From a bacterium (lineage in GTDB: Bacteria; Bacillota; Clostridia; Christensenellales; UBA1242): a stretch of 57,690 bases of DNA. The notes beneath the pieces are model-generated. The model saw only the letters and a program-made list of their open reading frames with translations, was not told where the DNA came from and ran no database searches. The position numbers were made by a program, and so were the translations under genes. Positions 53,842-57,690 of the stretch are shown here, one piece after another (position 1 is the first letter of the stretch; each line of letters opens with the position of its first letter). The DNA lies in contig JAILMD010000032.1 in the NCBI GenBank assembly GCA_024692805.1, positions 1-57,690 on the forward strand, in the 5' to 3' direction.

Positions 53842-54795
53842 ATGAGAGTTGTTTTTTTAGGAAGTCCGGAGTTTAGTTTAAACTGCTTAAAACAAATTTT
53901 AGCGCACCACGAAGTTATCGCCGTTGTAACCCAACCTGATGCTCCTGCTGGGCGTGGGCAAAAACTAGTTAAGTGCCCAGTTGCTGAGTTTGCTATAAAA
54001 AACTCACTTAATCTTTATCAGTTTGAAAAAATTAGCCGTGACGGCGTTGATGTTTTAAAAAGCCTTAAGCCAGATATTATGGTAACTTGTGCTTATGGCC
54101 AAATTTTGAGCCAAGAAGTTATTGATATCGCAAAATATGGAATTGTTAACGTTCACGCATCATTGCTTCCAAAATATCGTGGGGCAAGCCCAATTCAAAG
54201 CGCAATAATTAATGGCGAAAAAGAAACGGGAATAACAATAATGAAAACCGAAGCCGGCCTCGACACTGGCGATATTATTTTATTTGAAAAAGTTGAAATT
54301 GGTGACGATGAAACATCAGGCGAATTAAGAGAAAGACTAAGCGAAGTCGGTGCAAGACTAATTGTTGTTGCGCTTGACCAAATTGCTAACGGAACGGCTG
54401 AGTTTACTAAGCAAAAACATACTGACGCAACAACAACTAAAAAGTTAAACAAAATTAATTGCACAATTAACTTTAACAGAACTAGCGAACAAATTAACAA
54501 CTTGGTTCGTGGCGCTAATCCTGATCCAATCGCAAGGGCAACTATTAGTGGCGAAACTATCAAAATTTACAAAACAAGAGTTAGAGATGATTTAGCTAAA
54601 AATGCGCCAAACGGAACGGTTTTAGATTATTCAAGTGCTAAAGCCGGTTTGTTTATAAGCTGTGGGGTTGGCGTTATTGAAGTTTTAGAAATTCAATTCC
54701 CAGGCGGAAAAGTTATTTCAGGCGCTAACGCAATCGGCGGAAGAAAAATTTCAGTTGGCCAAAAGTTCGATGATTTTGGAGAACTTTTAATCTAA
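53842..54795 (+). CDS. fmt: Methionyl-tRNA formyltransferase
   Basis: MRVVFLGSPEF, VVTQPD, and NVHASLLPKYRGASPIQ. Confidence 0.92.
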   Translation: MRVVFLGSPEFSLNCLKQILAHHEVIAVVTQPDAPAGRGQKLVKCPVAEFAIKNSLNLYQFEKISRDGVDVLKSLKPDIMVTCAYGQILSQEVIDIAKYGIVNVHASLLPKYRGASPIQSAIINGEKETGITIMKTEAGLDTGDIILFEKVEIGDDETSGELRERLSEVGARLIVVALDQIANGTAEFTKQKHTDATTTKKLNKINCTINFNRTSEQINNLVRGANPDPIARATISGETIKIYKTRVRDDLAKNAPNGTVLDYSSAKAGLFISCGVGVIEVLEIQFPGGKVISGANAIGGRKISVGQKFDDFGELLI

Positions 54796-55832
54796 TGAAG
54801 ATTTTACAAGATTATTCAATTGATGAAATTAATGAGTGGCTCGCTTCTTTAGGTGAGCCTAAATTTCGTGCTAAACAAATTTTTGAATGGGCTCATCTTT
54901 ATGTTAACCCTGACCAAATGACAAACCTAAGTAAAGAATTGCGCGAAAGAATAGCAAACGAGTTTATAACAAACCCAATAACAATTGCTAAAGAGTTTAA
55001 AAGCGCTGACGGAACGGTTAAGTTTCTTTATAAACTAACTGATGGCGAACTTATTGAAGGCGTTTTAATGAATTATAAATATGGCAACACGCTTTGCGTT
55101 TCAACTCAAGTTGGGTGCAGAATGGGTTGTTCTTTTTGTGCCTCAGGCCTTGAAGGGTTAACTAGAAATTTAACTGCCGGCGAAATATTAGGTCAGGTTT
55201 TATGCGTTAACAGTTATCTTGGCGGAACACTTGCTGATAGAAAAATAACAAACATTGTTTTAATGGGAAGCGGTGAGCCTCTTGATAACTATGACAACGT
55301 TGTTAAGTTCATAAGGCTTGTTAGCGCGCCAGAGGGAATTAATATCAGCCAGCGAAATATTAGCCTTTCAACCTGTGGGCTAGCCGATAAAATTAGAAAA
55401 TTAACTGATGAAAACTTAACTATAACTTTAACATTAAGCCTTCACGCAACTGAAGACGAAACGCGTAAAAGATTAATGAGAGTTGCAAACGCTTATTCAT
55501 TAAGCGAAGTTATGGATTCAATTAGGTATTATTATAACAAAACAAAGAGAAGGGTTGTTTTTGAATATATAATGCTCAAAGATAACACAACTCATGCTGA
55601 TGCTTTAAGGCTTAAAGCGCTTCTTTCGGGGCTTAATGCTCACGTTAATTTAATTCCAGCAAACCTTGATAAAAATTCAACCCTTGAGGGAATAACAAAG
55701 GTTAAACAAACAAGGTTTTGGCAAGCGCTTCATGACGCAGGTGTTAGCGCAACAACAAGGCGAACGCTAGGAAGCGATATTGAAGGGGCGTGCGGTCAAT
55801 TAAAAAGGCGCCACGCCAAAGAGGGCCTATGA
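54795..55832 (+). CDS. rlmN: 23S rRNA/tRNA A2503/A37 C2-methyltransferase (radical SAM)
   Basis: PKFRAKQIFEW, CVSTQVGCRMGCSFCASG, and the C-terminal ACGQL. Confidence 0.92.
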   Translation: MKILQDYSIDEINEWLASLGEPKFRAKQIFEWAHLYVNPDQMTNLSKELRERIANEFITNPITIAKEFKSADGTVKFLYKLTDGELIEGVLMNYKYGNTLCVSTQVGCRMGCSFCASGLEGLTRNLTAGEILGQVLCVNSYLGGTLADRKITNIVLMGSGEPLDNYDNVVKFIRLVSAPEGINISQRNISLSTCGLADKIRKLTDENLTITLTLSLHATEDETRKRLMRVANAYSLSEVMDSIRYYYNKTKRRVVFEYIMLKDNTTHADALRLKALLSGLNAHVNLIPANLDKNSTLEGITKVKQTRFWQALHDAGVSATTRRTLGSDIEGACGQLKRRHAKEGL

Positions 55833-56716
55833 AGATAGGGCAAGTTTTTAGTTGTAAAGAAGGCAGGTTTAACGTTAACGCTGATGGCGAATATTTCCTT
55901 TGCCTAGTTAGGGGAAAAGTTACTAAAACCATTGGCAAGGTTAAGGTTGGCGATTTTGTTAAGATTGACGAAAACAACTTAACAATTGAAGAAATTATAC
56001 CTAGAAAAAACGATTTAATAAGGCCTAGTGTTGCAAACCTTGATAACCTTTTAATTTGCGTTTCAAGCCTTCCTGAGCCAGATTTTACGATAATAGATAA
56101 TTTAATAATTATGGCCCAAAGGAATAACGTTACGCCAATTATTGTTGTAACAAAAGATGACTTAGGCCAAGATAAACTAACCAAAAGGCTTGAAGAAAAC
56201 TATTCAGGGCTTAATATTAAGATTATAGTAACATCAGCAAAACAAGATAAAACCAATAACCTAATAAGCCTTTTAGAAGATAAAACATCAGCCTTTGCTG
56301 GAAGTTCGGGCGTTGGCAAAAGCAGTTTAATCAATTCGCTTATTAAAGCCAATATTAAAACAAGCGAACTTTCTGGAATTGGCAGGGGAAAAAACACAAC
56401 AACATCGTCTCAAATTTATTTAATTAACAAAGCGCGTGTTTTAGATACTCCTGGCTTCTCAAGCCTAACTCATTTTGCTAAAACACCAGAGGAGTTTTTA
56501 GATCTTTATCCTGATATTGCTAAATTTAAAGTGGGGTGCAGATATAAAACTTGCAACCATTTAGATAAGTCGCCTGATGATTGCGCAGTAATAAGAGCGC
56601 TAGAAGAAAATGAAATTTGCCGCGAAAGATTTGACAGATTTATAAAAGGTTATAAACTATTAACAGGAAGAGCACAAAAATTTCATAAGATTCACAAACA
56701 AGAGGAGAAAAAATAA
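55829..56716 (+). CDS. rsgA: Ribosome small-subunit biogenesis GTPase RsgA
   Basis: The ATGA overlaps the rlmN stop. OB-fold N-terminus, VVTKDDL (circularly permuted G4), GSSGVGKSSLIN, and a zinc knuckle C...C.H....C. Confidence 0.88.
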   Translation: MKIGQVFSCKEGRFNVNADGEYFLCLVRGKVTKTIGKVKVGDFVKIDENNLTIEEIIPRKNDLIRPSVANLDNLLICVSSLPEPDFTIIDNLIIMAQRNNVTPIIVVTKDDLGQDKLTKRLEENYSGLNIKIIVTSAKQDKTNNLISLLEDKTSAFAGSSGVGKSSLINSLIKANIKTSELSGIGRGKNTTTSSQIYLINKARVLDTPGFSSLTHFAKTPEEFLDLYPDIAKFKVGCRYKTCNHLDKSPDDCAVIRALEENEICRERFDRFIKGYKLLTGRAQKFHKIHKQEEKK

Positions 56717-57405
56717 TGTTTAAGATAACAAGGGTTTCACCTTCAATAATAGCAAGCAATTGGCAAGATAAAAACGAAGTAATTAAAACGCTTAAAGAAC
56801 TTGAAAAGTCAGGTGCTCATATGGTTCACCTTGACGTTATGGACGGCGTTTTTGTTAAAAATAAAACCTTTGACTATAACTATATTGATTTTATTAAAAA
56901 CAACACCAATCTTTTGCTTGATGTTCATTTGATGGTTGCTAATCCTGAAAACGTCATTGATGAATATATTAAGGCTGGGGCAGACATTTTAACCGTTCAC
57001 TATGAGGCAACAAAAGATCTTCAAAAGGTTTTAGAGCGAATTAAAGCAAAGGGAATTTTAGCCGGCGTTGCAATTAAGCCAAAAACCTCAACAATGAAGT
57101 TAAAAGATATTCTTGCCTCTGGGCTTGTTGACGTTGTTGTTGTTATGGGCGTTGAGCCTGGCGCAAGCGGTCAAGCATTTATTCCAGGAAGCGCTGAAAA
57201 GGTTGCCGAAGTTAGAGAACTTGATAAAAACGTTTTCATTTCAATTGATGGCGGCGTTAACCTTAAAAATGCTAAAATATTAAAGAAATTTGGCGCTAAC
57301 ATTTTAGTTAGTGGCGCAACAATCTTTAATTCTAAAAATATGAAGAAAACGATAAAAGCCTTAAAGGGAAGAATTTTATTTAATTTGCATAACTCTGAAG
57401 AGTAA
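56716..57405 (+). CDS. rpe: Ribulose-phosphate 3-epimerase
   Basis: SPSIIASNW..., HLDVMDGVFV, DVHLMV and GVEPGASGQAF. Confidence 0.9.
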   Translation: MFKITRVSPSIIASNWQDKNEVIKTLKELEKSGAHMVHLDVMDGVFVKNKTFDYNYIDFIKNNTNLLLDVHLMVANPENVIDEYIKAGADILTVHYEATKDLQKVLERIKAKGILAGVAIKPKTSTMKLKDILASGLVDVVVVMGVEPGASGQAFIPGSAEKVAEVRELDKNVFISIDGGVNLKNAKILKKFGANILVSGATIFNSKNMKKTIKALKGRILFNLHNSEE

Positions 57406-57519
57406 CAAAAAATTGAGATAATTAATAAAATGCAACAAAGGAGATAGGTTATGACCATTGTTGCAGTTAAGGCACCCAAGTTTTTAAGGGGGGTTCTAAA
57501 GATTTTTAAGAAAAAAGAA

Positions 57520-57546
57520 AGTAGCCCAAGTTAGGCTACTTTTTTT
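57520..57546 (+). terminator. Intrinsic terminator of the def-rpe operon
   Basis: AGTAGCC/GGCTACT stem followed by T6. Confidence 0.7.
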
Positions 57547-57550
57547 AACA

Positions 57551-57571
57551 AAAAAAACACCCAAATGGGTG
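57551..57571 (-). terminator. Intrinsic terminator of rpmB (minus strand)
   Basis: CACCC AAAT GGGTG hairpin, followed on the minus strand by T7. Confidence 0.6.
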
Positions 57572-57579
57572 ATAAAAAA

Positions 57580-57690
57580 CTAATTATCTTTTTTTGAACC
57601 TTTCATACATTTAGTGCAAAGATAAGCCCTGCTAACTTTGCCATTTTCATCACTAACTTCAACTTTGTGAAGGTTAGCATTCATAACCCT
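57580..57690 (-). CDS. rpmB: 50S ribosomal protein L28, 3' part (5' end lies outside the window)
   Basis: The minus-strand frame is open to the window edge: ...RVMNANLHKVEVSDENGKVSRAYLCTKCMKGSKKDN*. The pattern resembles L28, and it sits convergent to rpe as in B. subtilis. Confidence 0.55.
   Translation of the reverse strand, partial: RVMNANLHKVEVSDENGKVSRAYLCTKCMKGSKKDN

Noticed and set aside
1-57690. Genetic code 4 (UGA=Trp), considered because of the low GC content and reduced gene content
   Set aside because: TGA ends the hrcA, sigK-like and rlmN genes at positions consistent with orthologs. Long conserved genes contain no internal TGA, and Trp is encoded by TGG.

Overview
AT-rich chromosomal segment with Firmicutes-type gene order. 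The standard genetic code applies: TGA and TAG both terminate confident genes, and Trp is TGG. The RNase P RNA looks type A and the sigma factor has a clostridial SigK-like pro-sequence, which points to a Clostridia-like organism with a streamlined genome. (1) Positions 1 to ~16.4 kb hold the late/structural half of a prophage, cut by the left window edge. It carries a region-4 HTH regulator, large terminase, a TerS-like ORF, portal, scaffold and major capsid. Seven ORFs with no family I can recognise follow (putative adaptor, hub and fibres), then a phi-LC3-type holin. I see no tape measure, tube, sheath, endolysin or integrase. (2) Positions 16.5-19.7 kb form a self-contained transcription unit for a 1045-aa predicted lipoprotein. 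It has five short (G-T-N)n tracts alternating with a conserved ~33-aa QWRY module, followed by beta-helix-like domains. (3) Positions 19.9-57.7 kb are densely packed housekeeping genes: rnj, trmR-like methyltransferase plus U32 peptidase, sigK-like, rnpB, rarA-kinase-helD-pnuC-like, glpQ, lepA, hemW, hrcA-grpE-dnaK-dnaJ (with CIRCE), rsmE, mtaB, HIT, rpsU, pcrA-ligA, rpoZ, priA, def-fmt-rlmN-rsgA-rpe and a partial rpmB. Small accessory insertions interrupt this block. One is a secreted 377-aa protein between lepA and hemW. Another is two tandem BspA-type LRR paralogs between priA and def, one of which carries an in-frame TAG where its paralog has TGG. I found no CRISPR array, tRNA, rRNA, transposase or reverse transcriptase. 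The most noteworthy items are the repeat lipoprotein next to an endolysin-less lysis module, the tail genes I cannot recognise, four genes with leaderless-type promoter geometry, the LRR islet, and a Cys-rich extension on GrpE. I did not recognise any known defence system. All functional calls come from motif recall and synteny, not database searches.
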